In this document: positions 22,255 through 34,499 of the stretch, one piece after another
Layout of the letters: each line of letters starts with the position of its first letter
How positions within the stretch are numbered: position 1 is the first letter of the stretch
Source: Massalongia carnosa
Lineage: Eukaryota
Direction of reading: 5' to 3'
Assembly (NCBI GenBank): GCA_965645245.1
Contig: OZ287069.1
Span: 62,001-126,000 of the forward strand
Length of the DNA: 64,000 nucleotides
The notes under the pieces: model-generated
Database searches by the model: none
What the model was told of the DNA's origin: nothing
Seen by the model: the letters and a program-made list of their open reading frames with translations, nothing else
Made by a program: the position numbers and the translations under genes

Positions 22255-25200
22255 TGTCAAACCTGAATGTGGTCGATTCTCATCGCCGATCCTCGACCCC
22301 CTGTCGCGGCAGATGCCGCTAAGCTACGCCATTTCTTCCACACCTTTACCCCTCAATTTGCCGGGGTTAATATCGTTGCTGCCATGACCCCTTTTCCCTT
22401 CTATATAGGTAGCTAGATGTGGGCATTTCCCACATACAGAATACAGCCTTTTTCATCCTTCCTGAATTCATGTGAAAGGTTGACAGTTATGAGCCCGGGT
22501 TAGCTGAATTTTTCGCTGCCTCCGTCTTAACTTTAGTTATTGGTAAGCTGATTTATCGCTGCCTTCATCGACCCCGAAATATCCTAGGCAGGCTGAGTAT
22601 CGCCGCCGGAATTATCGTATCTCTCATGGAGCATCGCAGAGTTGATTTATTCCTCGTGCTTCTATTTTCCTTTGCCTTTTTGGTCGTTTCCCTGTTTTTC
22701 CCATCTGTCTCCATCTTTGGTCGGTTATCCCAAATGGAAGACTACTCGTCGGGATCGTCTCGGAAACTCATCGTCTCGGCTCTGACGCCTAGGACCTACA
22801 ATTCCTGGTTGTCGGAAATCAAGGGTATCGCGGTACGATCTCAGGTATGGGAGTACGTCGATCCGGAAGGATCAGAGTCGGAACCTACCATTCCCAAATT
22901 TCCCAAATACAGTGATTACGTCAAAGTCGTCTCGGCAAATACGCCTGGCACTGACTCTACCAATACCCCTACGCCTGCTATTGTCGCTTCTCAAGGTTCT
23001 TCTCAAGGGACAGTTCTCGGCGATTTAAATGGTCCGCCGGTCCTGATTCCCGAACCATGTTCTCGGTATGCCGATCTCTCGGAATCACAGAAGGAGTCGT
23101 ACAATGCAGATGAACGGTCACATCGAGGGCTTCAGGCAGATGCCAGGGCCGCAGCCATGGGAATTGAGAAGGTTCATACGGTCATCCTAGAGTCGGCTAA
23201 AGATTATGTCGCCAGGAATGTCAGATCATCCTCGGTTCGAGAAATTCTTCAGTCCCTGGCCCATAAGTTCAAAAAGAGTCCGGACGAAGTTCAAAGGCAG
23301 ATCGATCGCCAATACGACGAGTTGAGAAATTCTCACCCGGTGAAAGGGAAGATCGAATCTTGGATCTGCCAATGGGAAACGCTGAGGGAAGAAATCGTTG
23401 CTTTGAAAGTTGAACCCATCTATAGTGAGTATATCTACACTCAGCACTTTCTGAAAGCCGCTCGGATATGGGCACCATTCTTTTGCGACACCTGGATCAA
23501 GATACGAAATGTATCAGGTCGTCCCCTTAAATTCTTCGAGGCCGCCAATGAGTATCGGACCGAGATAGAAGAAAATGCAATCAGCACTGGTCGTCGTCAG
23601 CAGCTCTCGGCGAATTCCGCTTCTCTACAAGGACAGTCTTCCGATCAGGGAAATTCCACTTCTGACGATAGCAAGTACAGCAATAACGAATGCCTTTGCG
23701 GCGAAACTCACTCCTGGAAAAGATGCCCTTATTTGACAGTCGAGTCTAGAATCTCGGGATGGAAATTCAATAAGGAGATACGCGACCACATCCGACAGAA
23801 AATCGGGTCCAATTCCAAGCTTTATTGGTATGTCAAACGCGCCGCTACATCCGACATTCTCAACGGCATCTCCGAGCCTGATGAACCTTTGAAACCTCGA
23901 GGAAGAGGAAGAGGTGGAGGTCGAGGGGGTCGCGGAGATGGAGGTCGTGGCCGAGGCAATGGCAATGCTCCCGCCGAGCTCCCTGTTGTCGAGAATGCTC
24001 CAGTCTCTTTTGGAAATACTATCTCGGATCGCGACAATCTGCTTCATCTCAGCGTCTCCTACGACTCGGGATGCTCCAATCATCTGACCTGGGACAAATC
24101 CCGTTTTATTGACGAAATCATCCCGGCATACGAGTGGGTCTCGACTCCCGACGGAGATCTCCTTATTGAAGGTTTTGGGACAATGTTGGTGAATGGGACA
24201 CTAAAAGGGAAGAATCAGCCTCTGCATTTTCGACACACAGCATACGTTCCCGACTCATCGGTGACTTTGATTTCGGTCAGCAAGCTGAAAAAGGATGGAT
24301 TTCTGTGGAACATGCATACGGACACGGTCGAGAAGAAGGGTATTTCAATCTTCGAATTGGAAGAGCATTTCGGTCTCTACACTGCCGAGTATCGTCCCGT
24401 TGGCCACGCTGGTGCTTTCGCAAATTTCGTCGGTTCCCGAGTCTCGGCAGATGCCATCCCAAAAGGCACGCCATGGAAATTTCATCTCCGCCTAGGACAT
24501 TGCCAACCGGAAGTCATTAACCAGTTGTCGAATCAGAAGATGATTGAGATTTCAAGAGGTAACAGTGGTCAAGATGCTCCAAAGACAGTGAAATGTGAGA
24601 CGTGCGCATTGTCAAAAATGCATACACTAGTATCAAGGGTCTCGGCTACTAAAGCCACTAAACCATTCCAGCGTCTTCATTTTGACCTCATTATTTTGAA
24701 AAGGACTGCTTTCGATGGGACCACCTGCGTCGCTCATTTTCAGGATGATTTCACCTCGTTTCATTGGGTCTTCCCCCTGCAAGATCATAAGCAGGAGACA
24801 CTACTTCGGATTGTCAAGCATGTCATAAATCGGTGCGATCGACTCGGAGCCGAATTCGGTCTTTTCGTTCAGACCTTTCGAATGGATCAGGAAACGTCGG
24901 TTGGAGACGTCATTCAAGACTTCGTCAAGGAACAGGGAATCGCGTTTGAATGGTCCGCAAAGCATACTAAGGAGCAGAATGGGTCGGCTGAGAGGGCAGG
25001 AAGCCTTTTGACTCAGAAGGCTAGATGCATTCGCATCGGCGCCGATTTGCCAGAAGATCTGTATCCCGAGTGCTATCTCGCTGCTGGACACTTGCTAAAT
25101 AGGACGCCGACAAAAGGACTAGATTGGAAATCGCCTCACATCTCCCTGCACCGAGCCCTGAAGAAGCCATACAATTCCGAAATTGGTCATCTCAAGGTCT

Positions 25201-28083
25201 TTGGGTGCAAGGCATATCCCCTTTTGAAAGGTAAAGATGCCCCGCCAAAAAGTGAGAAACTAGCCCCTCGAGCATTTGTTGGCTATCTGGTCGGATACGA
25301 TTCTACAAACATTTATCGAGTCTGGAATCCCGAGACCTGGTCGGTCAGCGGATATAGAGATGTTATCTTTGATGAGGATCAAACCTTCTCCACATACGTC
25401 AAAAAGGATCTGATTCCCGAAGAGAAGGTGGCCGAGTTTGTAGAGCTGGAAGTTTTCGATGCTGCTCCCTACATTGTTGATTTGGCAGAAAATGAGGAGC
25501 AATGGCTGGCGACATCTGTGCGCAATCGGTCATTTGCTGATCCTTCTTCGTCGGTTGAAAATTCGTCCGCACTGGATGTGCCCGCGTCGTTGACTGCGAA
25601 AGACGTCCCTATCATGCCGAGACATTCACCGAGTCAGCAGCATCTTCCGACTCCCGAGAGCACTCCGCCTCCATCGACTTCAGCACCTGCACCTACATCT
25701 TCTTCGTCAACATCTCGCGACAAACGGGTGGTAAAAGACAGTCTTCCGAGTAGCATAGATCTACCGACTGATCTGCCAGAAACCGGCCGGACGCCTCTCG
25801 GCATTGCCGAATCTTTTGGCACCGGTCCCAGTAGGAATATCGGATCTGCCAAATTGGATGTCAGCAATATCGTCGAAGGAAAACGAGTCAGAAAACCGAA
25901 GCAGAAATTCGCAAATCTCGCAGCACCTCTCGGCATCAGACCACTCGGCATCGCTTCGGAACCACTAGGGAATACAAACTCGGGATTGGATGACGGGATG
26001 AAGGAAGTTTATTTGGCATTTGCAGTGACCACTAGGTCGACCAGATTGCATAGGGACAGCCTGCCGCCGCCGCCGAAGCAGTGGCGAGGTATGCTTCGAC
26101 ATCCCCATGCAGAAGGATTTCGCAAAGCAGCCGAATTTGAATATCAGACTCTTCTCAGAATGGACACCTTCGTCGTCATTCCCAAAACTTCCAATCAGAA
26201 GCCGCTTCCACTAATGTGGGTATTTACATACAAGTTCGACCCGGATGGCTTTCTAGTAAAATACAAGGCACGCCTGGTAGTCCGAGGGGATTTGGAAGAA
26301 GTCTCGGCAGAAGATGTATACGCCTCTACGCTGGCAATTAAGATCTTCAGGTGCCTCATGGCCCTGACGTCTGCTTTCGGACTCAGGACAAGGCAGTTTG
26401 ACGCGATCAATGCCTTCCTAAATGCCAAAGCCGATAGGGTCATCCACGTGTATATGCCAGATGGTTTCGTCATCGAGGGGAAATGCTTGCTCCTGGTCCG
26501 GGCTTTGTACGGGCTTCGAAAATCGCCTCTACTATGGCTACGAGAATTTTCCAAAGCACTCACCTCATTGGACATGCAGCAGATCCCTGGCGAGCCCTGC
26601 CTTTTTACCGACTACTCTGGCATCATCCTCTTTTTCTATGTGGATGACATAGTCATCATCTTTCCGGAAAGTAGAGCTGCAGACGTAGATCTGCTGATTC
26701 AGAAGTTGAATGCTCGATTTGAATTACGCGACATGGGCCAATTGAGCTTCTTTCTCGGTGTACGGATTGTTCGAAATGCTGGCGACATTTATCTTTGTCA
26801 AGACTCCTACATGGACAAGTTGGCAATTGAATACGAGATAGACACGTCTAAATCTCCATCATCCCCGCTACCGTCAGACTTCATCGCATTCACCTCTGCC
26901 TCGGCAGCTAGCCCAGACTCGGACTCGCCTCGGTCAGTCGACCAATCCCTGAGGCAGGAGTATCGTAAAAAGGTAGGATCGATCTGCTATCCCGCGAATA
27001 TCACTCGGCCGGACGTTGCCAAAGCTGCCTCCAAATTGGCAGAGCATCTCACTTGTCCCGGTCCGGAGCATATAGACGCGGCAAATCACTGCCTGCAATA
27101 TCTACACACGACTAAGTATCTGGCGATAAAATACTCCCCCTCGGGAGGTGGCGAGCTTACCGTGCAGTCTCCGGATGATGATCAGCTCTCGGCAAAGCAT
27201 GTCTTCGAAAACACTGCCGATGCCAGCTTTGCAAATAGTCCCGAGCGACGCAGCTACGAGGGTTTCACATTCAAGCTGTATGGCGGCATGATCGACTGGG
27301 CTGCCAGGAAGCAGGCGACCGTCTCAACTTCGACGACAGAGGCAGAATTGCTTGCCCTTCTCCATGCCGGCAAGGCATGCATCTGGTGGATTAATTTCTT
27401 TGGCAAGCTGGGATTCGACTACGACCATTCGGTCAAAATCTACAATGATAACATGCAGACCATCCGCATTCTGACGTCGGAACAGCCCAAAGTTACCACC
27501 AAACTTCTGCATGTAGACATCGCTCAGTTGTGGTTGAGACAGAGCGTTCAATTTGGTCATCTCAATGTGGGTTATCTACAGACCAGCCGGATGACGGCAG
27601 ATGGTCTCACCAAGCCCTTGCCTCCGCAAAAGCATCGTTCCTTTCTGGAAATGCTAGGCCTTATTGATATCAAGTGTCTGATTTAGGAATGGGGCAGGCG
27701 GGAGTGAACCGGGCGGAATTCCTCTCGGCGGGCAGAAATTTCTTTTCACTGGCATCTCATTTTGATTTTGCAAGAATTGCACCTTTTTCTCGAAGGGGAA
27801 TTGCTTCATGTTTTCTTCTTTTGGTCAGGATGCTTCGCATCCTGGGGGGGTGTGTCAAACCTGAATGTGGTCGATTCTCATCGCCGATCCTCGACCCCCT
27901 GTCGCGGCAGATGCCGCTAAGCTACGCCATTTCTTCCACACCTTTACCCCTCAATTTGCCGGGGTTAATATCGTTGCTGCCATGACCCCTTTTCCCTTCT
28001 ATATAGGTAGCTAGATGTGGGCATTTCCCACATACAGAATACAGCCTTTTTCATCCTTCCTGAATTCATGTGAAAGGTTGACA
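22255..28083 (+). mobile_element. Ty1/Copia element (Copia-C), intact, 5829 bp
   Basis: 231 bp LTRs 22255-22485 and 27853-28083, identical by eye; TSD CTAGC; PBS gttatgagccc; G-rich PPT; single long ORF. Confidence 0.96.
22626..27686 (+). CDS. Copia-C Gag-Pol polyprotein (true start may be 22734)
   Basis: CLCGETHSWKRC, YDSGCSNH, HLRLGH..CETC, QNGSAER, KARLVVRGD, YVDD, STTEAELL, ADGLTK; uninterrupted 1686 aa. Confidence 0.95.
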   Translation: MEHRRVDLFLVLLFSFAFLVVSLFFPSVSIFGRLSQMEDYSSGSSRKLIVSALTPRTYNSWLSEIKGIAVRSQVWEYVDPEGSESEPTIPKFPKYSDYVKVVSANTPGTDSTNTPTPAIVASQGSSQGTVLGDLNGPPVLIPEPCSRYADLSESQKESYNADERSHRGLQADARAAAMGIEKVHTVILESAKDYVARNVRSSSVREILQSLAHKFKKSPDEVQRQIDRQYDELRNSHPVKGKIESWICQWETLREEIVALKVEPIYSEYIYTQHFLKAARIWAPFFCDTWIKIRNVSGRPLKFFEAANEYRTEIEENAISTGRRQQLSANSASLQGQSSDQGNSTSDDSKYSNNECLCGETHSWKRCPYLTVESRISGWKFNKEIRDHIRQKIGSNSKLYWYVKRAATSDILNGISEPDEPLKPRGRGRGGGRGGRGDGGRGRGNGNAPAELPVVENAPVSFGNTISDRDNLLHLSVSYDSGCSNHLTWDKSRFIDEIIPAYEWVSTPDGDLLIEGFGTMLVNGTLKGKNQPLHFRHTAYVPDSSVTLISVSKLKKDGFLWNMHTDTVEKKGISIFELEEHFGLYTAEYRPVGHAGAFANFVGSRVSADAIPKGTPWKFHLRLGHCQPEVINQLSNQKMIEISRGNSGQDAPKTVKCETCALSKMHTLVSRVSATKATKPFQRLHFDLIILKRTAFDGTTCVAHFQDDFTSFHWVFPLQDHKQETLLRIVKHVINRCDRLGAEFGLFVQTFRMDQETSVGDVIQDFVKEQGIAFEWSAKHTKEQNGSAERAGSLLTQKARCIRIGADLPEDLYPECYLAAGHLLNRTPTKGLDWKSPHISLHRALKKPYNSEIGHLKVFGCKAYPLLKGKDAPPKSEKLAPRAFVGYLVGYDSTNIYRVWNPETWSVSGYRDVIFDEDQTFSTYVKKDLIPEEKVAEFVELEVFDAAPYIVDLAENEEQWLATSVRNRSFADPSSSVENSSALDVPASLTAKDVPIMPRHSPSQQHLPTPESTPPPSTSAPAPTSSSSTSRDKRVVKDSLPSSIDLPTDLPETGRTPLGIAESFGTGPSRNIGSAKLDVSNIVEGKRVRKPKQKFANLAAPLGIRPLGIASEPLGNTNSGLDDGMKEVYLAFAVTTRSTRLHRDSLPPPPKQWRGMLRHPHAEGFRKAAEFEYQTLLRMDTFVVIPKTSNQKPLPLMWVFTYKFDPDGFLVKYKARLVVRGDLEEVSAEDVYASTLAIKIFRCLMALTSAFGLRTRQFDAINAFLNAKADRVIHVYMPDGFVIEGKCLLLVRALYGLRKSPLLWLREFSKALTSLDMQQIPGEPCLFTDYSGIILFFYVDDIVIIFPESRAADVDLLIQKLNARFELRDMGQLSFFLGVRIVRNAGDIYLCQDSYMDKLAIEYEIDTSKSPSSPLPSDFIAFTSASAASPDSDSPRSVDQSLRQEYRKKVGSICYPANITRPDVAKAASKLAEHLTCPGPEHIDAANHCLQYLHTTKYLAIKYSPSGGGELTVQSPDDDQLSAKHVFENTADASFANSPERRSYEGFTFKLYGGMIDWAARKQATVSTSTTEAELLALLHAGKACIWWINFFGKLGFDYDHSVKIYNDNMQTIRILTSEQPKVTTKLLHVDIAQLWLRQSVQFGHLNVGYLQTSRMTADGLTKPLPPQKHRSFLEMLGLIDIKCLI

Positions 28084-28088
28084 CTAGC

Positions 28089-31000
28089 ACATTGCTGTCC
28101 CGGCCCCGTAATGGTTCATTCAACCACCGCCGAGGAAGAACAGTTCCTTATGCCTGCCGAAAGTCAGAAGGTATGGGAGACTAAAGATCAAGAAACCATT
28201 CTGCAATCTAGTCAAACAGAACCATCGAAATTTGACTTTCAGGCTGAAGACGGTCCCAGTCGAATCCTAACCGCCATGCAAAAAGGCGTCTCCCCTAGGA
28301 TCCGATACCGGTCCGGGAGCTACGTTCGTTTAGCACCTCGCTTACATACCTCAAACCCCCTGCCCAGTAAACTAACCGCGGTTGAATCCGCACCAACCAA
28401 CCCAGCCCAGCTTCGAGTCAGTGAGGTGAGCGCCGGCACATTCGACCGCCTCGCAAGACAGAAGGACCACGAGATATTCAGTATCTCCCTCCAAGAAATA
28501 GACCGGTTCTTAGGTATAGAATCGCCTTTAAAACCCCCTAGCCCTAGCTCCAGGTCATCTATTAAGTTAATAGCAACCCAAGTTTTCCCCCCTTTTAACA
28601 CTAAGGCCTGTCTAAGTGATAAGGACATGCACCTAGCCATTTGCAGAATGCACAATGAACTCACCCTAGAAACCTCCGTCACTCAAGAAGAACTTGAGCA
28701 CGTTCGGCAGCAAAAGAACGTTGACCCGGCACCTCTGCTTCCAAAGCAATACCACAACTACCTAGATGTCTTTTCCAGAAAGGAGTCCGATAAACTACCG
28801 GAACACCGCTCCCATGATCACGCCATCGTCTTAAAAGAAGGTTTTCAACCACCTAATCAAGCTCTTTACGGGATGAGTCGTGATGAGATCCAGGAACTTC
28901 GTCGTTATCTAGATGAGAATCTCACCAAAGGATTCATTCGATCTAGCCGCTCACATGCAGCCTCCCCGGTTATGTTTGTTAAGAAGCCCGGCGGAGGACT
29001 TCGATTCTGCGTCGACTACCGAGGACTAAACGCTGTCACCATAAAAAATCGTTATCCAATACCTCTAATCACTGAGACCCTCAACCGTTTGTGCAAAGCC
29101 AAGATATTTACCAAGTTGGATATTATATCAGCATTCAATCGCCTGAGAATCAAAGAGGGAGACGAAGAACTTACTGCTTTCCGGACTCGTTTCGGTCTCT
29201 ACGAATATCTTGTCATGCCTTTCGGTCTGTGCAACGGACCTGCCTCGTTTCAACATTTTATCAATGACACCCTGAGGGAATACCTAGATAGATTCTGCAC
29301 CGCGTATCTAGATGACATCCTCATCTATAGTGATGACGAAATCGAACATGACCTACATGTAAAACAAGTCCTTGTCAAACTCAGAGAGGCCGGACTCCAA
29401 GCGGACATCACCAAGTGTGTCTTCGGAGTCACCGAGGTCCCCTATTTGGGTCTCATCGTCACTACTAAGGGAGTCAAGATGGATCCTGCCAAGATCGATA
29501 CCGTCATCAATTGGCCTGCGCCCGTTAACGTTAGGGATGTTCAAAGCTTTCTAGGATTCGCCAATTTCTACAGGCGTTTCGTATTTGGGTTCAGTAAAAT
29601 AGCCTCGCCGTTGACGAACCTAGCCAAGAAGGGAACGAAATTCTCCTGGACTAGCGATTGTCAGCAAGCCTTCAATACGATGAAAAAAGCATTTACCTCC
29701 GATCTTATTCTCATGCACTTTGATCCAGACAAGAAAATCGTGGTCGAAACGGACGCCTCCGACTTTGTATCGGCGGGTATCCTATCGCAATATGATGAAA
29801 AAGATATCTTGCGTCCCGTCGCATACTTCTCGAAAAAGCATAACCCTGCCGAGTGTAACTATGAGATCTATGACAAAGAACTCATGGCCATAGTTCGAGC
29901 TTTCGAGGAATGGAGACCTGAACTAGAAGGCTCCGCCCAACCCATCGATGTTATTTCAGACCATAAGAACCTGGAATATTTCACCTCTACCAAGCTTTTG
30001 AGTCGGCGCCAGGCCCGATGGAGTGAGTTTCTATCTCGCTTCGACTATAAGATAGTCTACCGACCTGGGAAAGCCGGCGGTAAACCGGATGCCCTAACTC
30101 GACGGTCAGGAGACCTCCCTGAAGAAGGGGATGAAACCGATGAGCGGAACTCATTTCAGCATCAGACGATACTGAAAACGCATAACCTAGACGACGGAGT
30201 AGCCGAGAGCTTCAATTCAACAGTGGTTGGAACCTCCCCAGACCCCATAGTGCTCGCTCCTGCTATTCTTGATCAAGAACAAGATCTTGACGAGGATGAT
30301 GACACAGAGACGGATCATGAAGAACCCCAACTAGATTTAGTTACTGATCAGCTAAACCCCGACAATGACCCAATGGACGTGGCCACTCAGGACCTTTGGA
30401 ACCGAGCCCTGGATAGGGATAAGTTTTCACCCCGTGTTCTAGAAATGCTTCGAAACGGATCGAGATATCATAGCGGCATACAACTAGCAGAGTGCGAAGA
30501 CAGAAATGGGATTTTGTACTTCAGAAATCGACAATATGTACCCAAATCAGATAGCCTTCGCCTAAGAATCCTACAACTCGCTCACAATAGTGTCGCAGGT
30601 GGACACCCAGGCCGTGCCAAATGTTATGAACTCATCAGTCGCTCTTATTGGTGGCCTAGCATGCACAAAACGGTGCAACGATTCGTCAGAAACTGCCATG
30701 TCTGCAAAAGAGCCAAACCCTCCCGTGAACGTTATCAGGGGTGGCTTAGGCCCTTACCTCCACCTGAGCGTCGCTGGCGCGATGTTGCTATGGATTATGT
30801 CGGACCCCTCTCGGCCAGCACCTTCATGGGAATCACCTATCGGTACATTCTAGTTTTCATAGATCGCCTAACCAAGATGCGCCATCTGGCTCCAGTCACA
30901 TCCATGGAAGTCGAAGAAGCCGTAGATGCCTTCTATCAGAATGTATGGAAGCATCATGGCCTACCTGATGTTCTCGTATCAGATCGAGGTTCGCAGTTCG

Positions 31001-31929
31001 TATCGGAACTATGGGAATTGCTGTGTAAGCGGCTAAAAATCGACGCACGGTTGTCCACCGGATACCACCCGGAAACCGATGGCCAGACAGAACGAGCCAA
31101 CGCCTCCATGGAGCATTATCTTAGAGCCTATGTCAACCATATGCAGGATGATTGGGCCAAGTGGCTACCAGGCGCTGAATTCGCGGCTAATAATACGGAC
31201 TCTTCCACAACTCTTGCTTCGCCATTTCTAGCAAATTCTGGTCAACACCCCCGTATAGGATTCGAACCCTCCGAGCCTCTCCCGACGGACATTACCGCTC
31301 AAAGTCGAAATAATCTGATCGCAGCTAATAAGTTCGCGGACAGGATGAGAGACTTAGAAACTCATCTTCATGATGAAATGTTAATCGCTCAAGCCATCTA
31401 TGAATCCACTGCCAATGCAAACCGCCGACCATGCCCCCGCTATAAAGTGGGTGATATGGTATGGTTAAACACAAGGAATCTTCAAACAGCGAGACCCACC
31501 GTCAAGTTAGACGATCGAAACATCGGACCCTATGCGGTCAGTCGAGTTTTCTCAAACCCTCTAGTGATACAATTGGAGCTTCCTCCTAGTGTCAAGATCC
31601 ACCCAGTTTTCCATGCAAACCTTCTGCAGCATGAAGCAGATGACCCCCTTCCTGGCCAGCATCCCGCCCCTCGTGAACCTGTCGAAGCAGAAGACGGACA
31701 GCGAGAATGGTATGTGAACAGCATATTGAACTCCAAATACGACCGACGATTTCAACCTCCACTCCTTCAATATTTCGTTAATTGGGAAGGTCATAATCCC
31801 ACATGGGAACCTTTCAATTTCCTAACCAACTGTCAGCAAGCTCTAAACGAATATCATCAGGCTTACCCCACAGCTGCCGGACCACATCACACCCCTTGCA
31901 ATCTACCCCGTTGCCGCTGCCAGGAATAG
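28089..31929 (+). CDS. pol: Gypsy-B Pol RT-RNaseH-integrase-chromodomain
   Basis: LRFCVDYRGLN, YLDDILIYS, ETDASD, GHPG..CHVC, SDRGSQF, GQTERAN, YFVNWEGHNPTWEP; open frame. Confidence 0.93.
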
Positions 31930-31966
31930 TAGCATCGCAGGAGCTCCGCCTTGAAGAGGGACCTAC

Positions 31967-32456
31967 TGTCATGGAATTACCTCGCACCCTCCCACGTTTC
32001 CTGATCTGGTTAGTATTTAACAGGCTCTCTTGCCGTGAAACCTGCCCTGCATGTTGAATAGAACCGTGGCCCGTTATTCCGAACTATCCTGAAACCTCGC
32101 CCCATGTGTTCAGACGTTCTTCCGCTGCCTTCAGTGCACTCCCAAACTCCTATATCCCGAATCCAATCTCAACGTCTCCACTATCCAAGCCTACGACTGG
32201 GATTGCCCAGCAGAGAGAGATTGCTTCGGCATGGAGAAAGGCGGAACAGGTCAAAGCGATCATGGTTAGGAAATTAGAACAGGAACAGAGATGAGGGCAA
32301 GTCAAGAATAGGGGAATTGGAAGCCATGGCTATAAAACCTATGTGGTTTCTCAGGTGTTTGGAGCTCTTCGTCGGACGTCTTGTATACTATCCCTAGACC
32401 TAGCTTTCTAAATAGTAACTCTTGTATATCTCCCTATCTGGACCTTGTCCGTGACA
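31967..32456 (+). repeat. Gypsy-B 3' LTR
   Basis: Matches 19955-20444; followed by TSD GCCGA. Confidence 0.95.
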
Positions 32457-32597
32457 GCCGACGGATTTACCAAGGTCTTACCTCGTCAGAAACATGACGA
32501 TTTCATCAAACAGCTGCATTTGACTGACATATCAGTCATACTGGCTAATCAAGGTCAGGAAGCAGCATCAGCATAGTATGCTAAATCTGGGGGGGTA

Positions 32598-32935
32598 TGT
32601 CGATATTAATAGACCGTGGTTCAAGCCAATTCCCGAAGTAAGATCCTGTTGAAGGAAAAGCACGTGTTTTCGGACTAATAACCGGGGCCTCGATCTTTCA
32701 GATGCTATTTCTTTCTATGCCATATATCTGATTTCTAATACTCAATTATTTCAAAGCATTATGCCTCGCATGGGTTCCGGATCACTAATGATCTATTAGT
32801 AAATAGAAGTGGCTGGAAGATATCTAGATTGATTATGAAAGAATGTGGCGAAATGGTCTATATAGCTAGCTAGAATTTCCAGTTTAGATAGACAAGGAGA
32901 ACATCATTTTCCCGATCAATAAGAACGGTCCGATA
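32598..32935 (+). repeat. Copia-A 3' LTR
   Basis: Follows the G-rich PPT; its 3' two-thirds match 5462-5674. Confidence 0.9.
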
Positions 32936-33083
32936 TTAATTCAAAATTAATCTTATAATTTTTGGTAATTATATAAAAATTGATACCAAATTATCAGTTT
33001 AACTGTAATATAACTCACTGAATAACGAGATTAGATAAATTTGAAATTATTAATTTTTTATCAATTTAAATAAAGTCTGTTGA

Positions 33084-34499
33084 GGAATCCCTCAGGGATC
33101 TCCTCTATCTCCCATTCTATATCTCTTTTACAATGCGGACCTCTTAGACATTTGCAATAGACCCAGCACAAACGCGGCAGGCATAGGATTCGTAGACGAC
33201 GTGAACATCCTGACATATGGCAAATCCACGGAAGAAAATTGCAAAACATTGAAAGAAATACACGAGAATTGCGAACGATGGGCGAAACGCCACGGCTCCG
33301 TGTTCGCGCCGCATAAATACGAGCTCATACATCTAGCAAAAAATCCCAAGAAATTCAATCTCGAAGCTTCCTTCACAGTAAACGGCAAACTACTCAACGT
33401 CACGAAATCTGTACGAGTGCTGGGGGTGTACATAGACACGAGGCTCAATTGGTCGGCGCACTACAAAGAGATACAGAAGAAAATGACGAGACAAACGAGA
33501 GCGCTGACTAGAATCGCCGCAGCCACTTGGGGTGCGACCCTCCTACAAGCCCGTCACGTGTACACGGCGGTGGTACGCCCGGCAATGACCCATGGTTCTC
33601 TGGTATGGCACACGCCGGAGGAAACACAAAAGCACGTCAAAGTCACGAGGAAAAGCAAACTCGAGATCGTACAAAACAAATGTTTACGAGTAGTAGCCGG
33701 AGCGTACAGGGCCACACCCATCGAGGTGTTACAGGCGGAAACATTCATCTGTCCATTGACGCAACATTTGGATCATCTGCAGGCCAAAGGTAGATCGAGG
33801 CTACAACACAACGGTCAGGCAAAAGTCATAGAACAGGCATGCGAGAAAATCAGAACGAGATTGAAAGGGAAAAGAGGGCGACAACGGATTATTGGAGAAA
33901 CACCGGGAGCTCGTAGACAGAGATGGGTGGCCAAGCTGACAGCTGAAGTATCAACAAAGAGAAAGCCCAAACGCACACCACCATGGGAAAAAGCGGAGAA
34001 TGCACAAGAGGAAAAACGAGCAGAATATGCCGCACTTCAAAGAGAAAGAGACGGAATCATAGCGAAACGATTTAAAGAAAAATGGAAGGACAAATGGATA
34101 GCGTATCAATCAATACATACGCTTGATCCAACAATAGCACAGTCGGGTCCATTGCACAAAAACAGGTTGAACACGCACAAGCTGCTGAATAAGGCGCAAA
34201 GCTCCCTCGCAATTCAAATTAGAACAGAGAAAATCGGGTTAGCGAGTTTTCTATTCAAACGCAAGGTGCCAGACATTGAGTCCGCGGCCTGCCTGTGCGG
34301 AAGCCGCTTTCAAACGGCGAAACATGTGATAATGTTCTGCGGATTGCATAATAGAATCGATATGTTGCGTGCAGCTGGCTCGCTGGATTATCAAAAACTG
34401 ATAACAGACCCCAAAGCGATCAAAATAATCACTGCATGGCTTATGCGTACGGGCATACTAACACAGTACACCATTGCCGCGCAAATGACGGAGCAATAA
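33084..34499 (+). CDS. LINE ORF2 C-terminal fragment (RT plus CCHC finger)
   Basis: RVLGVYID, GAYRATP, CLCG..QTAKHVIMFC. Confidence 0.85.
   Translation, partial: GIPQGSPLSPILYLFYNADLLDICNRPSTNAAGIGFVDDVNILTYGKSTEENCKTLKEIHENCERWAKRHGSVFAPHKYELIHLAKNPKKFNLEASFTVNGKLLNVTKSVRVLGVYIDTRLNWSAHYKEIQKKMTRQTRALTRIAAATWGATLLQARHVYTAVVRPAMTHGSLVWHTPEETQKHVKVTRKSKLEIVQNKCLRVVAGAYRATPIEVLQAETFICPLTQHLDHLQAKGRSRLQHNGQAKVIEQACEKIRTRLKGKRGRQRIIGETPGARRQRWVAKLTAEVSTKRKPKRTPPWEKAENAQEEKRAEYAALQRERDGIIAKRFKEKWKDKWIAYQSIHTLDPTIAQSGPLHKNRLNTHKLLNKAQSSLAIQIRTEKIGLASFLFKRKVPDIESAACLCGSRFQTAKHVIMFCGLHNRIDMLRAAGSLDYQKLITDPKAIKIITAWLMRTGILTQYTIAAQMTEQ

Larger units (their letters stand above)
19955..32456 (+). mobile_element. 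Ty3/Gypsy chromovirus (Gypsy-B), full length, interrupted by Copia-C
   Basis: 490 bp LTRs 19955-20444 and 31967-32456 (one mismatch seen); TSD GCCGA; PPT gaagaggg. Confidence 0.95.
5462..32935 (+). mobile_element. Ty1/Copia element (Copia-A), degraded scaffold split by nested insertions; own sequence 5462-8287, 12979-14565, 19505-19954, 32462-32935
   Basis: Partial 5' LTR 5462-5674 matches the 3' LTR 32598-32935. PBS gttatgagccc at 5675; PPT ggggggg before 32598. Reading frame rejoins across each insertion (FD|KTRFY, NGT|KNLAIEY, MPA|DGFTK). Confidence 0.93.
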
